Source of the DNA: the human T2T-CHM13v2.0 reference genome, Homo sapiens
NCBI RefSeq assembly: GCF_009914755.1
Contig: NC_060941.1
Length of the DNA stretch: 64,000 nt
Reading direction: 5' to 3' (one strand)
A program made the position numbers and the translations under genes. Under the pieces are notes generated by a model, which saw nothing but the letters and a program-made list of their open reading frames with translations, did not search any database and was not told the origin of the DNA. Position 1 is the stretch's first letter. Each line of letters opens with the position of its first letter. This document shows, piece by piece, positions 1-64,000 of this stretch.

Positions 1-238
<238 letters not shown>

Positions 239-240
239 AG

Positions 241-593
<353 letters not shown>

Positions 594-1280
594 ATATTTC
601 TGAAAGTTTTATTGCTTTTCTGTTGAAGTATTTTCTGATTCAGCTTTTCCTAAACTAACTTCAGAGCTTGGCATTACAGCAGTGTTTATGTTTTGTGCTT
701 TGGAAATTTGTAGTGTTGGCAATGAGTAAGAGACGGTTACGTGAAACACAGAACAAAAGGCCATATAGTTTTCAATTTGACGAAAAATAGTAGGAATAGA
801 GCTTATAGCTAATCACCAGAGGACACTGAAATTTTCTACTGGTGTTCAGAAGGTCTTTATACATGGTTGTAATTTATATAAAGCTGTTACGCTAACTAAT
901 CAGAATTTCAATAGTGAAAAGCTAGATTTAGGAAGCTATCTGTGGTTCCAGTGCCATAAACTTGCACTTAGATAGGGAAATGAAAACAGAGTATATAAAA
1001 TTAACAAAACCCATTAGTAATACTGTAAACAAACGATTAGAAATTAAAATAGTTTTTGCTAATAGATTTAACCAGTAGAGACGATACAGAGGTTTTAGTA
1101 AATTAGAAACCAGTACTGAGTTCTTCCTCCTAGTGAGACAAAGAGGGAAATATGAAAGAATATAAAGACAAAGAGGATGAATTAAGAGCCTTCAACACAC
1201 ATCTGAAAAGAGTTCCAGGGGAAGAGAATGGAAGGAATAGTAAAGAATATTTGAAGAGATAATAACTTAGATTTTTACTA

Positions 1281-2854
<1,574 letters not shown>

Positions 2855-3405
2855 GGAGGAGACACATCCCCACTTATTCTTTGAGGCTAGTGTTATCCTG
2901 ACCTCAAAACCAAGGAAGACATCACAAGAAACTTAGCCCAGTATTACTTGGGAATATAGATGCAAAAATTCTCACAAAAGAACTAGCAAATCAAATTAAG
3001 CTACAGGTAAAAAGAATCACACAGCATGAAAAGTGGGATTCATCTCAGGAATGCAAGGTTGGTGCAACACCTGAAAATCAGTAGGATAAAAAACAGAGAC
3101 ACATGATCATCTTACTAGACACAGAAAAAGTATTTGACAAAACCTAACACTGTTACATGATAAAAACACTAAAATAGGAATAGAAGGGAACTTTGTCAAC
3201 CTGAAAATGGGCTTCTACAAAAAACTTACAGCTAACATCACACTTAATGTTTAAAGACCAAATGCCTTTCCCCTAAAATCAGAAACAGGACAATTATGTA
3301 CACTCTGACCACTTCTGTTCAACATCTAGAAGTGAGGATCTATGTAGGGCACTTACCCAAAGAAAGAAAGAAAAAGGAAAGGAAAGGAATCCATACTGGA
3401 AAGGA
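2855..3405 (+). mobile_element. old L1 ORF2 (RT region) fragment
   Basis: tagatgcaaaaattctc, ggaatgcaaggttgg, agacacagaaaaagtatttgacaaaa resemble L1 ORF2. Confidence 0.8.
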
Positions 3406-3424
3406 TATATATATATATATGTAG

Positions 3425-4130
3425 TTTTCTGTTTGCTGGCATATAACTTTTAAAAGCCTTAACAATTTTAAAGTGATAGGTGTCTTTGTTAATGAGCTGA
3501 CTGATGGCTGGCAGCCCCTAGGTAATTTCAGGATAGGGGATGGTCACCAGAAAGACCAACACAGGATTAGAGGTTGGAACTTCCAACCCTACCTCCCAAC
3601 CTCCAGGGAGAAGGGAGGAGCTAAAGGTTAAGTTGATCATTAGTGGCCATTTAATCATGTCCATGTAATAAAGCCTCTAATAACTAAAAAGGATAGGGTT
3701 TGGAGAGCTTCCAGATAACTGAAGATGTGAAGGTTCGTGGTGGGTGGTGCCCCAGAGAGGGCGTAGAAGCTCCATGCTCCTTCCCACGTGCCTTGTCCTG
3801 TGCACCTTTTTCTCTATATCCTTTGTAATAGTCTTTATAATAAACTGGTAAATGCAAATAAATGTTTCCCTGAGTTCTGTGAGCCCATTAACAAATTAAT
3901 CAAACCTAAGGAGATGGTTGTAGGAACCTCGATTTATAGCTGGTCAGTGAGAAACACAGGTAAAATAATTTTGAAGCTTACAATTGATATCAGAAGTGGA
4001 CTTCAGTCTTGTTAGACTGAATTTTCAGCTTGTATGATCTGAGTTATTTCCAGGTAGATAGTGTCAGAATTAAATTAGAGGACACCCAATGGGAGTATGC
4101 TATCAAAATTACTGATTGGTTACTGGTGGG
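3425..4130. mobile_element. MER21-family LTR remnant
   Basis: ggctggcagcccctaggt...ggtcaccagaaagacc...ggtagatagtgtcagaattaaattagaggacaccca matches MER21A/B consensus as recalled. Confidence 0.7.
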
Positions 4131-4139
4131 CGAAAAGTA

Positions 4140-4818
4140 GTATGTGAATTATATCTCAATGAAGTTGTTACAAAAAAGTACAGTAAGCCAATGTAAGTAA
4201 AAAAAGATTACTAACGAGAAATTACTGGTATCAGAAATGAAAGAGGAGACTGTACTCTAGGTCCCATATATAGTAAAAGGATAATATAAGAAAATTATGG
4301 AACAACTTCATGATTAATAACCTTCCAAAAAAGAAAGCACTATGCCCAGTTGTGTTTACTGGTGAGTTCTATCTGCCATTTAAGGAAGAAACTATACCAT
4401 GAGTTATACGAATCTCTCTGAGTCTCTATTCTCTATAATCTTTCAGAAGATAGAAACAGAGGGAATACTTCCTAACTCATTCTATGAGGTCTGCATAATC
4501 CTAATCTCAAAACCATACAAAGACATTTAATGAAAACTACAGACTTACATCTGTCATGCACATAGATGCAAGATTCCTTGACAGTATCTTAGCAAATCCA
4601 ATCCAACAATGTATAAAAGTTATACACTGCAGCCACGTGGCATTTGTGTAGGTACGCAAGACTGGTTCAACATTCAAAAATCAATGTGTAACTTACCATA
4701 TTTGAGGTGATGGATATGTTAATTGCACTGATTTGATCATTTCACAATGTATAGATGTATCAGAATACCACTTTGTACCCAATACATATATACAATTACT
4801 ATTTTTCAATTAAAAAGT
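4140..4818 (+). mobile_element. L1 ORF2 fragment plus L1MA-type 3' end
   Basis: cttcctaactcattctatgagg; tttgaggtgatggatatgttaatt...ttcaattaaaa. Confidence 0.75.
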
Positions 4819-4821
4819 TTA

Positions 4822-5434
<613 letters not shown>

Positions 5435-6793
5435 ACCAGAGAAATTTAACAAGGATATTGAAATAATTAAAAAATTAAACAGAAGTCTTAGAACTGATAA
5501 ATAGATTTTCTCAACTGGAAAATTCATCAGAGGCTCTCAGTAGCAAAATGGATCAAGCAGAGGAAAGAAGCAGTGACCTTGAAGACAGGCTGTTTGAAAA
5601 TACAAAGAGGACAAAAAAGAATAAAAAGCAGTGAAGATGACCTACAGGATGTAGAAAATTATTTCAAAAGACCAAATCTAAGAATTGTTGGTCTTCAAGA
5701 GGGAGTTGAGCAAGAGCAAGGGTAGAAAGCTTATTCAAAGAAATAGCAGAAAACTCTCCAAAACTTGAGAAGGATATAAATATCCACATGCAGGAAGGCC
5801 AGAGGACACCAAAGAGATTTGTCCCAAATAAAACCACCCCAAGGTATATAATAACCAACTCTCAGTGGTCAAGGACAAAGAGAGGATCCTAAAAGTAGCA
5901 AGAGAAAAGTAGCAAATAACCCTAATGGAGCTTCAGTCAGTTTGTCAACAGACTTCTTAGTACAAACCATAAAGGTAAGGAAGGAGTGGAATGACACCTT
6001 CAATGTGCTGAAAGAAAAAAAAAATTTAACATCTAAGAATTGTATATCCAACAAAGTTATCCTTCAAATATGAAGGAGAGATACATTCTTTCCCAGACAG
6101 AAGTTTGAGAGAATTGACCACTACCAGACCCATCCCACAAGAAATGCTAAAGGGAGTTCTTCCATTTGAAATTTAAAAAATGCTAACACACCAAAAAAAA
6201 AAAAAAAAAAGAAAAAGAAACACACTGGTAAAATTAAGTACATGGACAGAGTTAGACTCTTAATACTGCAGTTGATAACTCTAGTATAAAGCCCAAAAGA
6301 CAAATCTACCAAGAATAGTAATAGCTATGGCAGCCTATTCAGAGATAGGTAATGTAGATACATGTAAGTTGAGACAACTAAATTCAAAATGTGGGGAAAG
6401 TGGAGCTAAGTTGTAGAAGTTTTTTTCCCACTTATTTCTTTGTTTCTATTTTTTAAGATAAGTTGTCTTTAAAGTAACTTGTTATCTACAAGATGTTTTT
6501 TGTAAGCCTTGTGATAAACACAAAACAAAAACCTATAATAGATTGACTAAAAATAAAAAGCAATGAATTAAGACATACTACCAGAAAAAATCACTTAGCC
6601 CCAAAGACAGAAAGAAGAGAGGAGTTACAAAACAACCAGAAAACAAGCAATAAAATGGCAGTAGTAAGTCCTTTCTTATAGATAATAACAACACTGAATG
6701 TATATGGACTCAGTTCTCCAATTTAAAGCCTGAGTGGCTGAATGGTTAAAGAAACAAGCCCCAACTATATACTGCCTACAAGAAACCCACTTT

Positions 6794-7441
<648 letters not shown>

Positions 7442-7545
7442 CTAGTAAAGGATATTTCATGCAACTGGAAACCAAAAAAGAGCAGGAGTAAGTAAGTACA
7501 CCTACGTCAGATTAAAATAGACTACAAATCTAAGACTTAAGAACA

Positions 7546-8140
<595 letters not shown>

Positions 8141-8523
8141 GACCGTAAAAAGAGGAAAAAAGGGTCATATAATAATAAAGGGGTCAATTCAGCAAGAGGA
8201 CAATTATAAATATCTATGCACCTAACACTGGTACTTCCAATACATATAAAACAATTAGCCAATCTGATGGGTGAGAGAGACTGCAATACAATAATAGAGG
8301 ACTTTGTCACTCCACTCTTAGTAATGGACAGATTATCCAGGCAGCAAATCAACAAAGAGACATCAGAATTAAACTACACAGTAGATACGGAAATCCTTGA
8401 AAAAAATACTAGCAAGCTGAATTCAACAACATATTAAAAAGATCAGCCACCACGATCAAGTAGATTACTCCTGAGGAGGCAAGGATGGTTCGATATACAC
8501 AAATAAAGAAATGTGATACATCA

Positions 8524-8870
<347 letters not shown>

Positions 8871-9442
8871 TGTATGGTTATATCAATAGATGCTGCACAA
8901 GCATTCAGTAAAATTCAGCACCTCTTTATGATACAAACCCTCATCAAATTGTGTGTCGAAGAAACATACCTCAAAATAATGAAGGCCATCCATACATGAC
9001 AAACCCACAACTAGCATCATACTGGATGGGGAAGAGTTGAAGGCCTTTCCTCTGAGATCTGGAACAAGGACGCCCACTTCAGCCAGTTTTATTTAATATA
9101 GTATTGGAAATTGCAGCCAGAACACTTAGGCAAGAGAAATAAAGGGCATCCAAATTGGAAAGCATGAAGTTAAGTTTGTCTTGTTCACAGATGACACAGT
9201 CTTATATTTAGAAAAACTTAAAGACACCACCAAAAAACTGTTGACTGATAACTTTAGTAAAATCACAGGACACAAAATCAGTACACAAAAATCATTAGCA
9301 TTAATATATACCAACAGTGAACAGCCTGAAAAAGAAATCAAAGCAATCTCATTTACAATGGCTACAAAACACACACATACACACACAACACAGACCATCT
9401 TTCCATTTGTATGTGTGTCCTCTTCAATTTCTTTCATTGGTG

Positions 9443-9636
9443 ATATATATATATATATCTCTCTCTAGGAATATATATATATATATCTAGGAATATATAT
9501 ATATCTAGGAATATATATATATATCTAGGAATATATATATATATCTAGGAATATATATATATATCTAGGAATATATATATATATCTAGGAATATATATAT
9601 ATATATATCTAGGAATATATATATATATCTAGGAAT
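9443..9636. repeat. AT-rich minisatellite: 9 copies of CTAGGAAT separated by (AT)n, period 18-24 bp
   Basis: ctagga starts at 9465, 9487, 9505, 9525, 9545, 9565, 9585, 9609 and 9629. Confidence 0.95.
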
Positions 9637-10757
9637 CAATTTAACCAAAGAAGCGAAAGATCTGTAAAACACCAATGAAAGAAATTGAAGAGGACACACA
9701 TACAAATGGAAAGATGGTCCGTGGTCATGGATTTAGGAGAATTAATATTGTTGAAATGACAATACTATCCAAAGCAATTTACAGATTCAATACAAATCCT
9801 ATCAAAATACCAATGACATTTTTCACAGAAACAGAAAAATCTTAAAATTTATATGGAACTGTGAAATACCCTGTATAGCCAAAGCTATACTTAGCAAAGG
9901 TAACAAAGCTGGAGGAATCACACTATATAACATTAAAATTTACTACAAAGCTATAGTAACCCAATCAGCATGGCACTGGCATAAAAACTGACACGTAGAC
10001 TAATGGAACAGAATAGAGTACCCAGAAACAAATCCATGCATTTTGCAGTCAACTCATCTGCAACAAAGGCACCAAGAATATTCAATGAGAAAAGGAAAGT
10101 CTCTTCAATAAATGGTGGTAGGATGACTGGGTAACCATTTGCAGAAGAATGAAATTAGGCCCCATCTCTCTCCATATATACACAACAATCAAAGTAGATT
10201 AAAGACTTAAATCTAAGACCTGAAACTATGAAGCCACTAGAGGAAAACACTTGGGAAACAGACATTGGTCTGAGCAAAGATTTGTGTGTGTGTAAGACCT
10301 CAAAAGCATAGGCAAAAATAGACAAATGGGATTGCATCAGGCTAAGAAGCCTCTGCACAATAAGGGAAACAAAGTGAAGAGACAAGCTACAGAATGGGAG
10401 AAAATATTTGCAAACTACCCATCTCATAAGGGATTAATAACTACAATGTATGAAGAAGATTTGTTAAAGAAGCAAATCTTATTTAAACACAAAAGATTCA
10501 AATAGGCATTTTTCAAAAGATGTAAATGGCCAAGAGGTATGTGAAAAGATGCTCAACATCACTAATCATTAGAGAAATGCAAAGCAAAACTACAATGGGA
10601 TATCCTGTCACCACAGTCAAAATTGCTTTTATCAAAAAGACAGGCATTCATCCACTGATGGTGGGAATGTAAGTTAGTACAGCCACTGTGGAGAATAGTA
10701 TGGAGGTTCCTCAAAAGACTAAAATAAGAGTTGCCATATGATCCAGCAATTCCACTA

Positions 10758-11121
<364 letters not shown>

Positions 11122-11609
11122 TCATTTGCAGCAACATGGATGGAACTGGAAGTCATTATGTTAAATGAAATAAGCCAAGCACTGAAAGACAAGTATCACA
11201 TGGTCTCACTTGTGGAGGCTAAAAAAGTGGATCTCATGAGAAGATAGACTAGATTGGTGGTACGAAGGTCAGGGAAAGCGGGGGTCGGGGGAGATGAAGA
11301 GAAGTTGATTAATGGGTATGAGTATGTGGTTTGATAGAAGAAATAAGACCTAGTGTTAAACAGATCAATAGGGTGACTCTTGTTTACAGTAATCTATTCT
11401 AGATTTCAAAATAGAAGAATTCGAATGGTTCTAGCATAAAGAAAAGACAACCCTTGGTGTCCATGGGATGAAAGAAAAAAAAAAACGACAAATATTTAGG
11501 GTGATAGATACCCGAACTACACCCAGTTTGATTTTTACAAGTTACATTAATGTATTATCACATGTACTTTAACTATGTACATGTGCATCAATAAAAATAA
11601 AATGCAACA

Positions 11610-12570
11610 GTAACAAAATGAACAGCCACATTACCAAATGGGCAGAAGACCCAAACACCTCACTAAAGAGTCTATACAGACGGCAAGTAAGTATATGAAA
11701 AGATTATTAGACTGTGAGAATGGCCTAAATCCAAAATACTGCCGATACCAAAAAATGCTGGTGAGGATGTGGAGCAACAGCAGCATTCATTGCTGGTGGG
11801 AATGCAAAATGACGTAGCCACTTTGGGATGTAAGTTTAGTGCTTTCTTACAAAACTAGGCATACTCTTGCCTTTTGATTCAGCAGTCATGCTCCTTGGTA
11901 TGCAATTAAATGACTTGAGAAGCTTTGTCCCAAAACTTGCACAAATATATTTATAACAGCTTTATTCATAATTGTCACAACTTCGAAGCATGGAAGATGT
12001 CCTTCAATAGGTTAATGGATGAATACACTGGTATATTGAGACAGTGGAATATTATTCCATGCTAAAAAGGAATGAGCTATTAAGTCATGAACAGACATGG
12101 AGGAATGTTAATGCAAACTACTAAGTGAAAGAAGGCAATTTGAAAAGGCCATATACTGTATGATTCCAAGCATATGACATTCTAGAAGAAGCAAAACTGT
12201 GGAAACAAAAAAAAGATCAGTGGTTGCCAGGGGTAGGAGGAAGAGGGGGTGAATATGTAGAGTACAGAGAATTTTTAGAGCAGTGAAACTATTTTATATG
12301 ATACTGTGGTGGTGGGAACATGTCGTTACACATTTGTTAAAACCCATAGAATGTAGCACATTTAAGAGTGAACCCTAGTGTAAACGAAGTGGGTGATGAT
12401 AGTGTGCCAGTGTGGGTTCATCAGTTGTATCAAATGTGCCACTGTGGTACAGGGTGCCTGTAGTAGAGGAGTGTGGATGTACAGGGGTGTGGGGCATATG
12501 GGAAACCTCTGTATTTTCTGCTCAATTTTGCTGAGAACCTGAAACTGCTAAAACGTTTATTAAAAAAATA
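11610..12570 (+). mobile_element. L1MC-type 3' fragment
   Basis: tgctggtgaggatgtggagcaacag, cattgctggtgggaatgcaaaat, tactgtatgattcca, ctcaattttgctgagaacctgaaactgc. Confidence 0.75.
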
Positions 12571-12578
12571 AGAAAATA

Positions 12579-13303
<725 letters not shown>

Positions 13304-14116
13304 TGTGTCTGAGATTTGTCTCACAGTATATATGGAGTGCATATGGATGGATTGGGGATGATTTGCCATGAGTGTATGGTTACTGGAGCTGGCTGGTGCA
13401 TACATGAATTTTATAATAATTTTTGGTATCTGGTAGGGCAAATTTCCCCACTTACTCAAAATGATCATTACCTTTTTGTTAAACTTTTTCTTATGTAAAC
13501 ATTTAAAAATAGACAAAAGTAGGCAAAACAGTATAAAGCTATGTTAGACAGTATATAAAGTATTGGCATGAAAATAGACAATTTTTATAGAACAGAGTTC
13601 CCCAAATGGGACCCTCACAAATGTGAAAATTTGAAATATGACAAAGATGACATTGTCAAAATGGGAAAAGACTGGGACAATGGGCATAGGACAATGAGAA
13701 CGTCTATACAGATAAAGCAGGTTTCAGTTTCACACCTGATACCTGTGAACATAATATATGATATATTGAGACTGTGATATTCTAATTAATGAGTGAAGTA
13801 GTTATCAACAGTCAACAATGTTGAGGGCTAAGAAGTAACTGCAAAAGAACATTAAGGTTTCAAAACCTGCGACGTAAGTAAAGATGTAACATATACGCAC
13901 TGTAATGATAAACCCAAATTCCTGACAGTTGTTACCTCAGAGGAAGGTAGTGTATTTGTGATGTTTTGTTTCCTGAAGTTAAAAAGAAATGGAAGGAGAT
14001 GTAGCAAAATATTAAAAATGATGGATCTAGGTGATAGGTAATAGGTGCCCATTATAGGATTTTTTATATTGTTTCTATGCTTGAAGTAGTTTATAATGCT
14101 TTATAGCATTAGTATA

Positions 14117-15312
<1,196 letters not shown>

Positions 15313-16479
15313 TTAATACCTTTTGAGTCTTGGTGAAAGCTATATGAAGGATTGTTGTAGTATACCCTCAACTTTTGAATATGTTTGAAAATCTTAATAA
15401 TTACATATACAGCAGTAAAAGCAATAAACGAATGTTAGAACTCCTACTGTTGGCAAACATAATGTTTGAAATGCTTTACTACAAAAAATTAAGATTTTCT
15501 AACTTTATTTTAAATTTCTGTCTCCTGTTTTTTTGTATTTATATATATAAATATAACATTCATATATATGTTCATATATATATAACTAAAGTTACTGTTG
15601 ACCAAGTCTTCCTCCAGGCTCTCTATTTCACTTTTAAGTGCCAAAAATGGATATTTAGGCTTGGTATTTGTTTACAGTTTTTCTGTTCATAATGACAACA
15701 TGGTAGTGAATAGCTCTGGGTAATCTCCAGCAAATCAAAAGTACCAGAGGTAATTAGCATGAGGACCTGTTAAGTGTATAAACTTGAGCCTTGATAAAAT
15801 TGTAGTACCCAAAAATGAATAAAGTATCCCAGAAATAATGCTTTTTCTTTTTTCACATTTTATGAAACAGTTTAACACTCAGAATACAGAGTTGACACAC
15901 ATAAACTTTTCCTTTGTGGTTTCACGTGTTTACATCTTTCTGGGTCTGTCTATTTGCATGCCTACCACAACTTCCCAGGTGTCTGTCTTTAAGGGACTTC
16001 ACACAATTACTTTTTTAATTAATGTTCTTAAAACTGTCTTTGGCTAGAGATTCAAAATATTTTAAGAGTGATGGAAACTGATGTTGAGAGAGTAAAGATT
16101 TCAAAACAACTTAGCATGACTAGGTGTTTCCCTCTGTGACTTTGACTACCAAATCATTAACTCCTGTGATAACAATGAACATTTCACAACGTTTAAAAGT
16201 TCTCTTATTTTACTATTGGATTTTTATAAGTAGTTAGAAATTTATGCAAGAAAGTATTGCCACTGTCTTCATGAGGAAACTGAGGCTTGAGAATCTTGTG
16301 ATTTCCTTAAAGTCATACAGCTGGTTAGCGGTAGAATTAGACCTTAAATCAGTTTATTTTCATGGTCAGTTTGGCTCAGTTATTGTGCTTTGGAGAGGAA
16401 ATTGATACTTTTACAAAGATGAAGAATTTTTTTTTTCATAAATACCTTACAACTTTAGATGCTAAAAGGCGTAAGTTAA

Positions 16480-16761
16480 GGCCGGGCGCGGTGGCTCACA
16501 CCTGTAATCCCAACGCTTTGGGAGGCTGAGGCGGGAGGATCATTTCAGCCCAGGAGGCCAAGACCAGCCTGGGCAGCGTAGTGAAACTTTGTCTCTACAA
16601 GAAATTTCAAAAATTAGCCGGGCGTGATGGTGCATGCCTGCAGTCCTAGCTACTCAGGAGGCTGAGGTGGGGGGATCGCTTGAGCCCAGGAATTTGAGGT
16701 TATAGTGGTCTATGTTTGCGTCACTGCACTCCAGCCTGTGCGACAATTGAGACCCTATCTC
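16480..16761 (+). mobile_element. AluJ-like element followed by T28 instead of a poly-A tail
   Basis: ggccgggcgcggtggctcac...gagaccctatctc|ttaac(T)28aagaaa. Confidence 0.9.
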
Positions 16762-16763
16762 TT

Positions 16764-16798
<35 letters not shown>

Positions 16799-17354
16799 AA
16801 CACAGCGGCTGACTGGGAAAAGTTTTGTAAGAGAAGACAGACTTAATATCCAGAATATATAAAATGCTCTTACAGATCAGAAGGAAAATCATTCATTAGA
16901 AGCAAATGTAAAGAATGTCACCAAAGAGGAAATGAGTCACTAGTACATATATGAGAAGATGCTCAAACTCCTTATTAACAGGGAAAATGTAGATTAAAGT
17001 GACCATTTGCTACCCATGATATTTACAAGAATTTTTAAAAGATGGAAAATAGTGACTGTTGTTAAGGGTATGGGAAAACAATCACACATCCCTGTATACT
17101 GTTGATAAGTTCATCTTTTTTTTGAAGTTAGTTTGGCCAAACATATGTTCTGCCTGGGCTTAAACCATGTAGTAGGCACATTACATCAACTTAGTATTTA
17201 AAAGATGGTAAGAGGGAGCCGAGAAATTAATGCTAACTTTAAAGAACATACGTCTAGTCACTGCCATGTGCTCTGGCTTTCTTTTCTCTTTTATTAAACA
17301 TTTTTTGAATGTTTGTGGAAGGTAATGTACTAATTAGCGTTTCCAATAAATTAT

Positions 17355-17500
17355 CATTACAACAACCTTGTGAGGTGGCTGTTTTTAACTTCCATTTTGC
17401 AGATGTGGAAACTTAGGCCAGAGAGATTAAATAACATGACCAAGTTCATTTAGTCAGCAGACGGGAATGCGTAAATTGAGCTCTAAAACCATGACTGTAA
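17355..17500 (-). mobile_element. MIR
   Basis: ccattttgcagatgtggaaacttaggccagagagattaaataac core. Confidence 0.7.
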
Positions 17501-17686
17501 CTACTGGATCATTAGATAGATAGTAACAATTGATTTGTGATACCCAGCTTACCTTAAATCTCACCTCTATTAAAAGGGTGTCATTTTGTATGTTTATATT
17601 TTAAAATTTAATACCTTATTTCTTTATTGGAATGCCAGTCTGATCAAAGTGAACATTAATGGACTATCTTTTACTTTTCTCTCCAG

Positions 17687-63955
<46,269 letters not shown>

Positions 63956-64000
63956 GTAAGTCGTGAGTTTCAAATTAATTCTATCAGCAACCAGTGGTTA

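Noticed and set aside
9181-9468. ORF beginning FTDD (L1 RT motif) suggesting an active reverse transcriptase
   Set aside because: The host L1 is fragmented by stops, frameshifts, Alus and an internal deletion, and the motif deviates from FADD
9465-9636. Regularly spaced repeat resembling a CRISPR array
   Set aside because: The spacers are only (AT)n with no unique sequence, there are no cas genes, and this is a eukaryotic intron

Overview
Primate (almost certainly human) intragenic DNA. The window is the middle of RABEP1 (Rabaptin-5, a coiled-coil Rab4/Rab5 effector) on the + strand. Thirteen GT-AG coding exons (by recalled numbering, exons 3-15, about aa 55-757; 2108 nt in total) splice into one uninterrupted frame. 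The start and stop codons lie outside the window. The rest is intron, dominated by roughly 65-70 Alu copies or fragments (several nested), old L1M/L2/MIR fragments, a large same-sense L1MA-type element, LTR remnants (MER21-like, MLT1-like, ERVL-like) and DNA transposons (Tigger3-like, MER30). Nearly all ORFs in the supplied track are Alu/L1 artefacts. I see no convincing new biological system. The best leads are a candidate alternative last or poison exon and an in-frame 45-nt microexon in a repeat-free part of intron 4, and three small rearrangement scars: a perfect 50-bp inverted duplication around an L1-derived VNTR, an Alu whose tail and TSD appear inverted in place, and a diverged ~105-bp inverted duplication. 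A 20-nt poly(A)-tailed insert and a CxxC motif just before the C-terminal coiled coil are also worth checking. Repeat boundaries and subfamily names were assigned by eye and are approximate.
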